Source: the human T2T-CHM13v2.0 reference genome, Homo sapiens
Strand: one strand, 5' to 3'
NCBI RefSeq assembly: GCF_009914755.1
Contig: NC_060928.1
DNA: 64,000 nt
Each line of letters opens with the position of its first letter. The stretch's first letter is position 1. The position numbers were made by a program, and so were the translations under genes. Shown piece by piece: positions 42,076 through 56,138 of this stretch. Below the pieces are notes generated by a model. The model saw nothing but the letters and a program-made list of their open reading frames with translations, was not told where the DNA came from and did no database searches.

Positions 42076-43077
42076 CTAAATAACAAAAGAACATCATGTA
42101 ATCCACAGGGAGAAAAAAATTTTTTTAATCTACTTTTCCTTTGATCTTGATCTCCTAATCCAAATTCCTCTCCTAACTGCATAGTTTTCTAAAGCTATTA
42201 AAATTGAATCCACCCAACCCATTTAAATCTAACAGTATTCTCCTCAAAATGTACATAACTTGACAGAGAAACCAATTAATGATCTTAGCATAAAAATGCA
42301 CCTAAGGCAACCAAATACTTCCCAGTTACTAAGGTAATTCTCATAATCATCCAGCAATCATAGTTCTGTGCTGAAAAATTCTAAAAAGTAACATCCTTTG
42401 TCAGTAAACATTTACTGAACAACATTTACTATACATTTCTTTATTGGTTATTTTCAAATGTGCTATGAAAAGCCACAGATGAAATTTTTGAACACAGTTC
42501 CTTTACTCAATTTATACCTTCAGTATGAGGAAGCAGAAAACACAATGTTTAAAAAGCTCACAAAGCAATGTACTGATCACTATAAAGGACATACAAATGA
42601 ACTGCATTCATTTCCAAAATGAATTGGTACAGAAGGGTGTAAAGTAACATACAATGCCAAGTCCTGAGGATGGACCAAGATGAAAAGTAAGAGAGCAGAG
42701 AAGAGTGCATTATGAAAAGCTTCCAGTAGAGAGGTACGTCTCTAGAATAAACCTAGCAGGCCTGAGACTGCCAAAAAGTCCTGCCTGTAAGTTTGGCCTT
42801 TGGTGGGCATGGGAGAACTTGGCTCTCAGAGTGTTCCCTGTCAATAGTTAACATATCAAGGTGTTTTACTGTGCCTAGACTACTTGTGTAAACAATATGG
42901 GTTATGTTGAACACCTGTCTTCCTTCCAGAAGTCTGGAATTTTGGTATATCCTAGGGAGAAGGCATCTATGAGTTTCTAATAAAAATCTTGGGCATTGAA
43001 TGTTTAATGGGCTTCCTTGTACAGAAACGTCACACATGTATGGCTGCATTTTTATTTGCGGGCAAAGAGTATGCTCT

Positions 43078-43360
43078 GGCCAAGTGCAGTAGCTCACGCC
43101 TGTAATCTCCGCACTTTGAGAGGCCAAGGAGGGTGACTCGCTTGAGCCCAGGAGTTCGAGACCAGCCTGTACAACATGGCAAAACCCTGTCTCTACTAAA
43201 AATACAAAAATTAGCTGGGCATGGTAGCACATGCCTATAAACTGGCTACTTGGGAGGCTGAGGCATGAGAATTGCTGCAACCCAGGAGTTGCAGGCTGCA
43301 GTGAGCCAAGATTGGGCTATTACACTCCAGCCTGGGTGACAGAGCAAGACTCTGTCTAAA

Positions 43361-43378
<18 letters not shown>
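43078..43378 (+). mobile_element. AluJ inside the LTR
   Basis: Full dimer, gagcccaggagttcgag...ggctgcagtgagccaag. Confidence 0.93.
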
Positions 43379-43437
<59 letters not shown>

Positions 43438-43449
43438 GTATATATATAT
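43358..43449. repeat. Compound microsatellite (A)n(TA)n(CA)n(TA)n in the Alu tail
   Basis: Read directly from sequence. Confidence 0.95.
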
Positions 43450-46400
43450 TTGCTCTGTGTGATCCTTCACGGGAGGGAGACAGCATAAGGAAGACTGCAC
43501 ACAGGTTCCTCCAGACTCTGCCTATGCCTTTTCCCTTATGATAGGGCTGTACACACCTACTACGTACTGTAATAAACCTTAGCCATGAGTACAACAATGG
43601 GCTGAGTCCTGCGAGTTCTTCTAAAAAATCAAGTGTTGGGGCAGTGTTGGGAACCTCCAACACACAAGGTGAACTTAGTTCCATGTGCTGAAAATGGGAT
43701 ACAAATTTGCAAATAGGAGAGGCAGAGGGTCATTTCAAGATTAACAAAGTTTTATCATACAAATACTTAACTTACAGAAATTAAACCATACCAATTCAAC
43801 CAAAGCATTTAAAAAAATGAGAAAAATCAAAGAAAGAAAATAAATTGAAATAATAAAGACCATTCCCTTTTGTGGCCAAAAAACAAACCAACTCCATCTA
43901 GCGATCAAATAAGGAAGAATATTCAGGAGTAATTATAAGAAATTATTGCCTTATAAATTGGCTTCAGAACGTAAGTTTTGCAAAGAGGTGAATCCACTGT
44001 AGAGAAAATTATAACAATGAAAGAATGGTAAAGTAACTTAGTCATTTTGTGTGGAGGAGACATAATGAATGACAGAAGTAAATCTGGTTGGGAAGATGCA
44101 GTTAGTCAAGGACAATAGGACTCAAATTTTGTGGCTGGAGCAGCAAAATCAAAGCAATAACAGGAAATAAATGGTGACTGTATGAATTAGGATATTCTAT
44201 CCTCCAACTAACAGAAATTTCAATGGCTAAGACTAATCAGGGGCCACCCCTGTAAGGCGTTAGCTTCTCAGTAATAATACACTGCTGCATGGAGGAAGGG
44301 TGGAAACTCTGCCAAATCTCGATTCAACTGCGAAAGATGAAGGGGAATAGATGATGGGTGACCAACAACCCTACTGTGCATGATGAATTGTGTATGGAGG
44401 GAAAATTCTGTGAAAGGTGAAAGGACTAAATATACTATGACAATAATTGTATTAATTTATTAATCTACATCTTAGGAGCTAAGGAGAAAAGCATAAGGAT
44501 GGGAAGTACGATCTACAGGCCTTGAACATAAAGTTGATATCTGATATCTAAAAAGCACAGTATCAAAGATTAAAAATCAGACAGACCAATATTCTAGATG
44601 TTTTTAATCCAAGGCAGGTGAAATCAGGACAGGCAAACTTAATGTAAACAAGAAAACAATAAAAACACAAAATTAAGAAATATTGATGTTACATGCAACC
44701 AAAGAGGAACACAGCAAATCCTTTCTAAATCCTCTTCCCACACATCCAGCCATCAGATAGGTTGGCTGAGGATTCCCAACTCTACATCTCCTAGCAGTGT
44801 CATCATAGAGTGGAAAGATATTGATATCTCTGAGTGTCATTGATCAGTATCAGAAAGGGTGATTTACAGAATATCCTTTAAGTTAAGGAGTGTTCAGAAA
44901 AATTATTCTCTAAAAGTAAACATTTTATTCATAAAAATAAGAAATTGATCTGTACTTGTTCCTAAAAGATTTTGTTTCCTCACTCAGAATCTGACTAAAG
45001 CTCTTATGTCCTAACAATTAAATGGGAACAGAAGCACCAACTCAGAAGAGCCCGTACATCCATGTTGTACACACTTCTCTCTTACTATAGGTCATTTTCT
45101 AGAATTCTGCCAAAAGGCTCATGCTGCCAGGAGGTAGGATCACTGGCATAGGAATATCTCCCTGCTACAGACACAGCTGTGTCTCGCATCAATAACTGCT
45201 CTGGCAACAAAAAATCTGGCAAGAAATGCCATCCAAACCTAGAACACAAATATTGCAGCAGAAGACATTTTCTACAAAGAAAACCAGGGCTTCTTCCCTT
45301 GATGTGATTTTCTTACACCATTAAGTGCCTGAACCAAAGGAACTGAAAATGAGGCTGCACGGGAACCTTTCAAGAAAGGAATTTGGGACACTCCAAGTGG
45401 GGAGAAATTCTTCAGGAATGTTGTCTTTTCCAGAGATATGGGGCTTAATGGTCTGTCTGGGTTCAAGGACTCTACCACTCAGGACATTTAATAATCACTC
45501 TCAAATCTCCTCACTCTGAGAAAAACATATGGCCTGTTTAAGAAGAGTAGGGACAGACACTGAGATTATTCAGTCCTTGCCATTGCTGAGTCAGCCTTGA
45601 TATCAATCCTGCTCCAACTCTAGTACCACAAAATCTTAAAACTCCATTTGTGATTTGTTCTCCTGTAGGATAATCTGATATCTCCTTCCCAACCAAGCCT
45701 TTAAGTGACTGGGTTACCACCAGCTGCTCTACACCCCACGGAGTCACTCTACTCATCAAACTCTTTCTTCAATCCCGACATTTTGGTGACAGGGTTATAG
45801 CGATGCATGGTTGGATTTGCTCGAGGTCAGATGACTGCTAGCCCAGATCTCTGCCAACTGGCACTCCCTGGTCCTCAACATGTCCACAGTTCCACTCCTC
45901 TGAGATGGGTAACCTGAATGGTGAATTATAGTTCCTGGGCATCACTTACACTGTCCTCATACACTGATCTCCGGGGTTCTCATCTACTCTAGAAATTGAA
46001 TCTCACTCAAACCTGGTCTTGCTTCTAATTCTCTGCCTCTTCCTGACCAAGAGTATCCACCAGGACTTCTCCAGCCTGACCCAGCCCCCACCCCCATCAG
46101 AGCTTCCTCAACTTTTCTTGTTAAGATGTCAAGAAAAACTCTTAGATTTGGGGCATGTTATGACAATCAATGATCCACCATTTGAATAACAATAGCATTT
46201 TTGTAATTGACTCTTTTTCTATATCAACTCAAAATCTATCTTCGAATTCATCTTTCACACTATTGCCAGAGTACTCTTTGCAATTCTTCCACCTCCTCAT
46301 ACCAATGCTGTTTGCCAGAATTCCAAACTCCTTTGCATGACAAAAGAGGCCCTTCACATGCTGACTTGTCTGTCTCAGCTCAGATCACTGTACCTCCTCC

Positions 46401-46659
46401 CACTTCACTGCACACTTCATTGCACACACACCTGGCCCTAGCCATCTAAGAATGCACATCCACTGCCTGGAGCAGGGGAACAGTGCTTCACACTTTCATC
46501 TGAGAGATTCTCACATGAGTCAGATTCCATAAGGATGAAAGATTCCTATTTGGGTCAACATCATGTTACTTTTACAAACATGTGCTTTGCATTTTATACT
46601 CATTTATTCTATGAAAAGTGAAACATGAAAGAAAAGAAATCTGCTTTAAAAAACAAATA

Positions 46660-46925
46660 CTAACAGTATAACTGCTAATAGTTATTGAGTGTTTATTATG
46701 TGCCAGGCACTTTGTTAAACACCTTTATATATATTATATAATTTACTCCTCAAAACAACTCTATGAGGTAAGTGCTACATATTAAGCACGTTTAACAGAT
46801 GAGCGAACTGAAGCAGAAACAGAAATGAATAACTTTCCAAAGGTTTCACAGCTGTTACTGGAGCTAGGGATTGAACCAAGATGATGTGATTCCAGAGCCC
46901 ACCATGTTATACTACCTTAATACAC
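46660..46925 (-). mobile_element. MIR (near full length)
   Basis: ttattgagtgtttattatgtgccaggcact...aacaactctatgaggtaag...aacagatgagcgaactgaagc. Confidence 0.88.
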
Positions 46926-46952
46926 TCACTACCTTGGTCACTAGTTTGCCAA

Positions 46953-47480
46953 CTGGTAAGCAGAATTCTAAGACTGACTTCCCATAACTCACACCTTTGT
47001 ATAATGCCTTCCCATTTGAGTATGAAAGAAACCTGTGAATATGATATCACTCCTATGATCATGTTATATAGGGATAATCTTTGGGGAGCCTAACCTAATC
47101 ACATGAGCTATTTAAAAGCAGAGAATTTTCTCTGGCTGGTAAGTATAGAAGTTAAAGATATTAAAATGTGTAAAGGATTTGACATATTGCTGAGATTGAG
47201 GGGCTCACAGGGTGGCCTGAGAGGGGCCATTCGCAGACCTAGGGACTGAAAACAGTCTCTAGCCAAAAGCCAGCAATAAAATAAGGACCTAAGTCCTACA
47301 ATCTCAAGGAACCAAATTCAGCCAGCAACCTGAATGAGCTTGGAAGCAAATTGATCCTCAAAGCCTCCTAATAAGAACCCAGCCCTGCCACTACCTTGAT
47401 CTGGCCTTTTAAGACCCTTAAGCAGAAAACCTACCTGGACTTCTCACCCACACAACTGTGAGATAAGAAAAAAAAATGTT
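46953..47480 (+). mobile_element. MLT1E-like LTR
   Basis: ggtaagcagaattctaag...cctaacctaatcacatgagc..tttaaaagcagag...gccagcaacctgaatgagcttggaagc...aactgtgagataa. Confidence 0.82.
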
Positions 47481-48399
47481 GTATAGGGAATATTAAATGA
47501 TCTTCATAAATTTTAATACTAACTCATATTACAAATAGAGAAAATCAGTTCCTCTTATAAAATAAAATTTTAAAAAACCAAAACATATGTTTCTACATTT
47601 CCCATTTCATCAGTTTTCTCCAAATCTTAAGGCTTAAATTATATATTTTTTTCATTTATTACTGAATGGTCTGAGTACACTTTCACCAGTGTATATAGAG
47701 ACATCAAACTTGTATCAAGAATTTAACACATAAGGAAACTATTGACCATAAATATTTTTTCTATTGCTCTTTTCACCTCATAAAGACATAATAAACCATT
47801 AAAAATACAGATGTAGAACACAATAAAGGGAAGCAGTTGGGAAAACTGATGCTCAAAAGGTATTATGTAACTTTAGTTTGAGTTTTTTAAAGTATGCTTA
47901 CAAATCTGGGGCTTTCCCCAAGGGAGTGTTTTTAATTTTGCAACAAACTACCCTTTAAAATAAGTCATCTAAAATTACAAAGTGACAAAAACACCTTCTT
48001 TGTCCAGAGATATCTCACTTCATTGGCAGCTGTTAGCACAAAAGTGAGAAAAACTTGGCCTGAGCACATACAAAAACCCTAATATTAAACTCTAATGACA
48101 AGCAAACTGGACCCAACTTCACCTTCCAAATGTGTTCACTGAGTGAAATGGGAACAACATTGGGCGCTGCCAATGAACTCCTTCAAGACAGATTTTAAAT
48201 ATGGGTATTATGCTGTTCTGTATCATGAATATGCATAATATTTTACTTTCATTAACAGTTTCTTACTGACTCTAACATCTACTGCTTTATTCACATATTG
48301 TAACCCTATTATACTTTCCTTTAATGGGTCTCTCCTATGGAAATATCTATAGTTCTTGGGCTTTTTTACCTAAACAAGAAGTGGAAATGTTCCTATATA

Positions 48400-48719
48400 G
48401 TATCAAAATTCCTTAATCAGAGGTTTTGCATAGCTGATTTTAAAAAAACTTATTGGAAAAGAAAATATGGCATATATACTGTGTTTATATAACATTTTCT
48501 GCAGGGTTTGGGACACCATTCCATAATCAAGCACATTCACATTTCTGCAACTAAATGTATAAATAGTAATGCTAGCTAGGTAGGATAAAAACAAAAAGCT
48601 ACAAACAACTTTACATAAGTACAAGTCAGGATTTGCTTCTAAATGAGTTATTTTTTTCTAAATGTGGTTTTCAGAGCCTCTTGGATTTCAGATTTCTAGA
48701 TTAAGGGCCTATGAACCTA
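48400..48719. mobile_element. MER46C-like Tigger derivative
   Basis: ggttttcagagcctcttggatttcagatttctagattaagggcctatgaacct terminus. Confidence 0.55.
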
Positions 48720-50174
48720 GAGGTTAGAATGAGTGATTAGATAATCCATTAAAGTCCTTTTCCTCCAGAGAGATGATATAAACTTAGTAGAATGATGACA
48801 GGTCCTCTTGCAATGGTAACAAGGAAAAGTGCAATGCCACAGAATTAAAGAAAAACCTGTTAATTTATTTGGGACCAAAGCTTCTTAATGTGTTCTGTCT
48901 GTAAAAGGTGGCATGGATAGTAGGTAACACAAAGGAGTATTAGATGATTAAATGTCCTGACACTACTGTTCAGGACAACTCCTAAGAAAACAGATTTTGT
49001 TTATGGAGAACTAATTCTACACTCTCTTTGACCTAAAAATGAAGCCTATAGATAAAAATAAGGCATTTACAGTCTCTTCCATACTTATGAATATTATATT
49101 CTTTTCCATGTCACCTACAATCTACTCATTAATATGCAAATTGGAAACAACTTGCAAGTCCTGGGCAATATATCAACATAGCCCTCCTTTGGGATTTGAA
49201 ATGTCTGAGATTTATAAAATATAAAACTACTACCTTAAATGCAGACAAAAGAATATACATATATATGTTTCCATCGATCTCTATGGCCTGACAGATTTTT
49301 TTTAAAAAACATGATTGTTAAATCAAAAGTTAAAATGTAACAAATATACACATCAAAACATTAATTATCTAAGCTGCACTAAAAATTCTTCAAAGTACTT
49401 CTGAGTAGTCATTTATCATAGGGCAAGGAAATTATAGACCAAATCATTAAATGGAATTTATTCAAGTCCATGAACATTAATCTTCTTTATATAAAAAGAA
49501 AACAAAACTTCTCAGGTAGAATATTATGCATACTTTTTCAGCAGTGTTTGCAGAGCCTCCATTGTGCAATGTAGTTACATTCATGCAAGTGGTTTTCACT
49601 TGTAGAAAATACAATACCTAACTTTTAAAAAGTTCATTGAATTCACTTTTTTACATTAAACATAAATTAGACCTACAATTGGTTGCTAAACAGACCAAAA
49701 GGTAACCTCCTGACAGCTTATATAATCTGATACAAATAAATCAAGCTGCTCATAAAGACACTCATAGCCTGCCTGTTGTCCTCACATTTAATTTAGTACA
49801 TAAAAACAACAAAAGGTCTTGGCAAACATAAAACTGTAAACTACCATGAATACAAACAGAGCCTGTGTTGCTATAATATTAAAGAATCAACAGATGGTTG
49901 GCATCAGGAGACTGGCACAGATACAGAAAAACTAGAAAGACAAGTAAATAAAAAGGCAAATGTGTAGAAATTGAACAAGGTGTCTTTGATCCTCCTTTGC
50001 CATGTTGAAAAAAAACCTCATGTCAACACACAGAGGTCTGGAATCTCTGTTAGCACTCATGCATCTGAGATCTTGTGAAATACTCAGCCTCAATTAACCC
50101 ATGCATGAACTACAGAATTTTTAAAGTCTGCCAAAGTCTACATGAGAGCACTGTGTAAGGAGACTGCACAGTTC

Positions 50175-50372
50175 AAAAAAGAACAAAGAAAAAAAAAGAG
50201 GAGGAAGTAGAGGAGAGAGGAAGGAGGAAGAATAGGAGAGGAGGACATAGGAGGAAGAAGCAGAGAGAAGGACTCGGAGGAGAAGGGGAGAAACAGCGAG
50301 ATAAAGGACGAGGAAGGAAGGGAAGACGGAGGAGACAGAGGAAGGGAGGGAGAGGCAGGAAAGAGGAGGAAA
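50175..50372 (+). repeat. GA-rich low-complexity polypurine tract
   Basis: About 200 bp of almost only A/G; source of the spurious L/S/P/F-rich ORFs on the minus strand. Confidence 0.9.
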
Positions 50373-50504
50373 GTGGAGGCCTGCTGGTCTCAAACTCTGA
50401 TTCACCAGGCACATCCCAACCACATTAAGGTTTCTGAGAGCCATATGATGATTTTATGACCTCGAGTGAAAGAAATACAAATATTTAAGTCTTCTATTAC
50501 TCCA

Positions 50505-50960
50505 AAAATCATTAAGCAACTACATGTTAAGCACTACACTAGGCACTAGGACACACAAACAAAAGACTCTGCCCCATTTTATTTCATTCGATAAACATTG
50601 TTTGCACTAATAAAGATCAACATCTAGGACCTGCTTGGAAAGAGCTCACAGTCTAGTGGGAGGTGGGGGAACAGCCACCTAGTGGGGGGTGGGGGAAAAA
50701 CCTCACCTGCCTGACCTGCCTTGGGTATTCAGAGAATAGCAGGGAGAGGCCCCTAAGCCAGCCCAGGAAAAATAATGAGTGAGTACGGATGAGAAAAGAG
50801 CTGACAGTCCAAGTAAAGGGACCAGCAAGAGGAAAGGCACATGTGTGAGTGTGAATTAAACGTGAAGCTGTAAAGAGTCAAGTGTGAGGCAGGAAACTCT
50901 GAAGAACAAGGTTCAGAGAGGTTTGCAGTGGGTCAGACCTTGGGCTCCGTGTGACATTTG
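50505..50960 (-). mobile_element. Degenerate L2 fragments
   Basis: aagagctcacagtctagtgggag...ccaagtaaagggaccagcaagaggaaaggc. Confidence 0.65.
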
Positions 50961-51199
50961 GTGGCAGTGTGGAGCGGACGGTAGCTCAGCATCACCCCTG
51001 AGTGGATTCTCAGCAGTCAGGACAGAGTTTCAGATTCCTCCTAAGAAGGAGATTTATTCAGAGTCTAGGTAGGGTTGAGCCTGGGCAGGCAAGAATGACC
51101 ACCTACTATATGTTAGAGGTTTTGCCTCTGGAACTATGTTTTGTCTACCTTCTCCTACTCTCTTGTGCACAGAATATAGATTCATCTTGCCAGATTTCC

Positions 51200-51790
51200 C
51201 CTCCAGTAGAAGACTATACTTTACAGCCATGCTCCCGCCATCATCCAGCCTATCCTTGAACACCTCCCTCTCCACATGGGAAGAGGGAACTCTCTAGGCT
51301 GTGAATCAGCAGGTTTCACAGTTGTACCCTTCTGCCTGCCAGAAAGTTTTTCCTCAGGTTGATTAGAAACACACTTCTCTCTAGTTCCACATAATGTTTT
51401 GTTGTTGTTGTTGTTGTTCTGTCATCGAACAGGAAAGCTAAGCCTTCACCGTCTTCCACATGACACCACTTTAAATCATATGAAGACAACTATCTGCTTC
51501 TGTTCTTCCTCAGGTTGAGCCCTAGTTCCCTCACTGACTGACAGGTCACAGCTTCCAGACCCTTTCTGGGTATGGCTCCCTGTGGCACGTCAGATGTTTA
51601 TCAACTTCCAGGTCTGTGTCTAACAGGCAGATGTTGACACGACCCTCCTGATATGGTCTGACCAGTACACAGTACCAAAGCACTATTCTCTCCCTGTAAT
51701 CTGACCACTCTACTTCTTTTATTGCATTCTGAGTTTTTGTTATTGCCACCAAATAATATTGCTAACCAAAATGTCCGTATAAAATCAAGT
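51200..51790 (-). mobile_element. CR1/L3 LINE 3' fragment
   Basis: Minus-strand peptide RERIVLWYCVLVRPYQE...VDKHL resembles the CR1 ORF2 C-terminus (REVIVPLYSALVRPHLE...DIDKLE); L3-like catccagcctatccttgaacacctcc. Confidence 0.7.
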
Positions 51791-52076
51791 AAGATATTTG
51801 CATATAGGTCAATATTAAGTCTAGTATCCTCCATCGTAAACTTAAAAAATTACTCTGAATTTCATCATATATGCATTTAATCCATCACTCTAGTTACTAA
51901 AAGCTTTTTGAATGCTAAGTATCTTAAAATATTATCGATCCTTCAAATACATTAGGGTGGCTACTGTTTCAAAAAAAAAAAAAAGAAAGAATTGGTGAGA
52001 ATATAGAGGAATTGGAACTTCTGTGCCATGTTGATAGGATTGTAAAATAGTGCAACTGCTATTGAAACAGTACAGA

Positions 52077-52447
<371 letters not shown>

Positions 52448-52717
52448 TCACAGAGATATTTGCAGACCCATATTCACAATAACCAAGAGGGAGAAGCAAC
52501 TCAAATTTCCACTGAGGAATGAATGGATAAACAACATGTGGTATATACACACGAGGGATTACTATTCAGCCTTAAAAAGGAAGGAAATCCTATTGCACAC
52601 TACAGCACAGAAGAATCTTAAAAACATTATGCCAAATGGAATAAATCAGTCATGAAAAAGGACAAATGCTGTATGATTATACTTATATGAGGCATCTAAA
52701 GTAGCCAAATCCTTAGA

Positions 52718-52975
52718 GGCCGAGGCAGGAGGATGACTTGAGGCCAAGAAATTGAGACCAGTCTGGGCAACATACCCTAATCTCTACAACAAAAATAAAA
52801 GATAAAAAATTAGCCAGTGGTGGTGGTGCACACTTGTAGTCCTAGCTACTTGGGAGACTGAGCTGGGAGGATGGCTTGAGCACAGGAATTTAAGGCTGCA
52901 GTGAACTATGATCGCACCACTGTACTAAAGCCTGGGTGACACAGTGAGACCCTGTCTCTAAAAAAATAAATAACT
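52718..52975 (+). mobile_element. 5'-truncated AluJ with ~20-bp TSD
   Basis: taaagtagccaaatccttaga before and taaagtagtcaaattcctaga after. Confidence 0.9.
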
Positions 52976-53204
52976 AAAGTAGTCAAATTCCTAGAATTTG
53001 AAAGTAGCATGGTGATTACCAGGGGCAGGGGGTAGTGGGGAGGTGAGATGTTTAAAGGATATAGAGTTTCCGATCTGCAAGATAGAAAAGTTCTGGAGAT
53101 CTGCTTGATAACAATGTAAATATACTTAACACTACTGAACTCTACACTTAAAGTGGTAAGTGGACAGTTAAGATGGTAAATTTTATGTTATGTGTTTTTA
53201 CCAT

Positions 53205-53506
53205 ATTTTTTATTTTTTTTTTTGAGACAGAGTCTTACTCCATCACCCAAACTGGAGTACAGTGGTTCAATCTCTGCTCACTGCAACCTCTGCATCATGG
53301 GTTCAAGCAATTCTCATGACTTAGCCTCCCAAGTAGCTGGGACTACAGACATGTGACACCATATCTGGCTAATTTTTGTATTTTTTTGGTAGAGGCAGGA
53401 TTTCACCATGTTGGCCAGGCTGGTCTCGAACTCCTAACCTGAAGTGATCTACCCATCTCGGCCTCCCAAAGTGCTAGCATTACAGGCGTGAGCCACCACG
53501 CCCTGA
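53205..53506 (-). mobile_element. AluS
   Basis: Full dimer in reverse orientation. Confidence 0.95.
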
Positions 53507-54162
53507 CCACAATTTTTAAGAAGAGAAAAAAACAGTATCTATCCCCTCCCTTCACTCTAGTTGTACAGACAGTGGGCTCAAGATATGTGCTCAATTTTCA
53601 TGAGTCTTTGATAGAAATAATTGAACAGGAAGAGCCAAGACAGAGCCTGCTTTTCAATTAAAATTCAACACTCCGGCTATAAGTGGCCAACTATCCATCA
53701 GTACTTCAAAGTTTACTATCACACAATCCACATTTCTTCACCTCCCACAAAAATTTACAATAGTCATTGTCAAACATTTCACTCAAATCAAAAGTCATTA
53801 TATCTATTGGACTCTCCTGGGTTTACATGACCATTAAAAACATCCTACAGATTTCTCATGTTTACCAGTGTTCTGAATACTCTCCAACAATATGTCGGTT
53901 ATTTCATTCCAAAATTTTGTAACTGAAGAACTTCATAATTTCCAAAATCTACTTTTTCCCCACTAGGGGCTTCATTTGCCTTTATTTGCCATGATTTCTC
54001 AAAAAATAATAGAAAGTTTCTGCAAGAAAAGGTACTTATTTTTTCAGCACCCATGTATATAATTTTTCTGGGATAGTAGATAGAAACTATTAAATAGCTG
54101 TTTTTTTATTAGCTCCTCATGCATTTTGGGCTATTATGTACACTTTATTAAATGTTTATCCA

Positions 54163-54416
54163 GTTTTTTTATTTAATTGACACATAATAATTGTACATAT
54201 TTATGGGGTATGGTGTGCTATTTTCATACACATATATTAATGTGTAATGATTAAATCAGGGTAATTAACATATACATCACCTCAAACATTTATCTGATAT
54301 TTGTGTTTAGAATATTCAAAATGCGCCCTTCTAGCTATTTGAAAGTATACAATATACTGTTGTTTATTATAGTCCCTCTATAGTGCTACAGAACACTAAA
54401 ACTTATTCTTCCTATC
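54163..54416 (-). mobile_element. L1MA 3' end
   Basis: ttgacacataataattgtacatatttatggggta...cttctagctatttgaaa...gaacactaaaacttattcttcctatc. Confidence 0.88.
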
Positions 54417-56138
54417 ATTAATGAAAATTTCACAGTCAATTGTCCAAGTAATCAAAATCAGGAACTCCAAAGTCCAGCAGCTTCTATTATTGAAGTAGAA
54501 GATGAATATGTAAAGTTAATAATAATGACTTTAATCACACATTAACAGAGCATGCAAAGTGGGAGTAGAAAGCAGTGGAGGTGAAATGTTTTCTGTCTTT
54601 ATTTAATAGATAAAATAGAGATTTAAGTCAAATATGTGGAATTTAAAATGGATTTCTGCTTCAGAATCACAAGAGAAGATTAAAGCAAATGAAACATTCA
54701 GCTTAACTGCATGTGATTGGTTTCAATTTTCACAAGATTCCTGAAAAAAACTCTTAGTTCACTAAGAAAAAAAAATCATTTTAAAATGCAAATAACAGCC
54801 AATTTAAATCAAAGCCAGTATGCTTAGTGGTAAAACACATAAACATGACATTGAAATCAAGATTAGGACAAGATTGATTACTATTAGCTTTATTATTTAA
54901 CACTATTGTGAAAAAAATCTAGCCAAAGAGGGGGAAGAAGAAATTGAGTTTCTTTTTCTTGCCCAATACTGATACTGTGGGTATACTGAGGAAACTGGTC
55001 CCAGATTGCAGATTTTGTCTATGTCTCTGAAGCATCTGAGCTTCTGGCTCTGACAGGAAGTATATGTGTGTCCTATGGCCTGGGACTACAGCCACTGCTC
55101 AGGAAGCAATTGTAGCACCTTGTAGGGAAGAGGTGGTGGGAGGCTCCTGTTCTAAGTGTGGTCTGCGTGCCAGCTGCATAATCACCTGGCCTGGCTCTCA
55201 GCAGCAGATCACAACACTGAGCTGAGAACAAGCTCACTTTTCTGATGGGCGGTGGACGGAGAGTGTTCCCCACCTGTGGTGATGTCAAGAAGGCCTGGCC
55301 TGGCCCTCCCTGATGAACTGGCTAGGATATTTAAAGAGAGTTTCCTGGCCAAATTTGGTGACCTAAAGCATGCGGCCAATCTTTTCCATCTATTTGTTAG
55401 CCAACCCAGGGCCCTGACTCAGGCCACCCTAGAAGCCAGGGCCTAGACCACACAAATACAGATTTAAACAAAGACAGGAAAACAATTTCAACTTGAGTGC
55501 CAATTCCAATTGATCAGTGGAGTTTGCCTGGAGCACTGTGCTGAGGATGACTCTGAGACTGCCAAGGAGCCAGCAGCCTCTGTCTGCACTAGCTGTTGAA
55601 TTAGTGTACAGGAGGGGAGTTTATCTTCAATCCAGTGTCAGATGGTCATGGCACTTGAAATACCTCACAGGGGCAACCCTGAAACCATCAGTTCATTTAT
55701 GCCCTGGAAGCAGAGCTGTTAGGAAAGCTGACTCTGGTCTCTGAGGACCAGGTCAAGTCAGAATGGGAATCAGCCAAGTTTCCACAAGAAAACTGGCCAT
55801 AGAGAAAAAACAAGCCAAAGCTAGATTTCTGAGGAAACTATGAGAATATGATTAACCCAAGGGCATGGGGAGAGTATGATGTGAAAGAAAGCAGTGTAGT
55901 TAGTGACAGATTTCACAAAAAAAGTAGTAGAGTAGTAGACAGGGGGCAAAATACAAATGACTAGGCATTTTGGTAGCTATTCCTTAAATAAGAAATTGCT
56001 TCCAAAAAATTCTTTTTCACAGAAAAAAGCTGCTTACAGGATAGATGCCATGTTGGAGTGGGTAAGTAATTCAAGCCACGTTGCTTCTAAACAGTATTTT
56101 ATAAAGCTATAAAATCATCATTATTTCAAAAGTGTATA

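Larger units (their letters stand above)
42725..43664 (+). mobile_element. ERVL-class LTR (MER68/MER77-like) interrupted by an Alu
   Basis: agcaggcctgagactgc...agtctggaattttggta...aataaaccttagccatgagtacaac...gctgagtcctgcgagt...gggaacctccaacaca. Confidence 0.75.
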
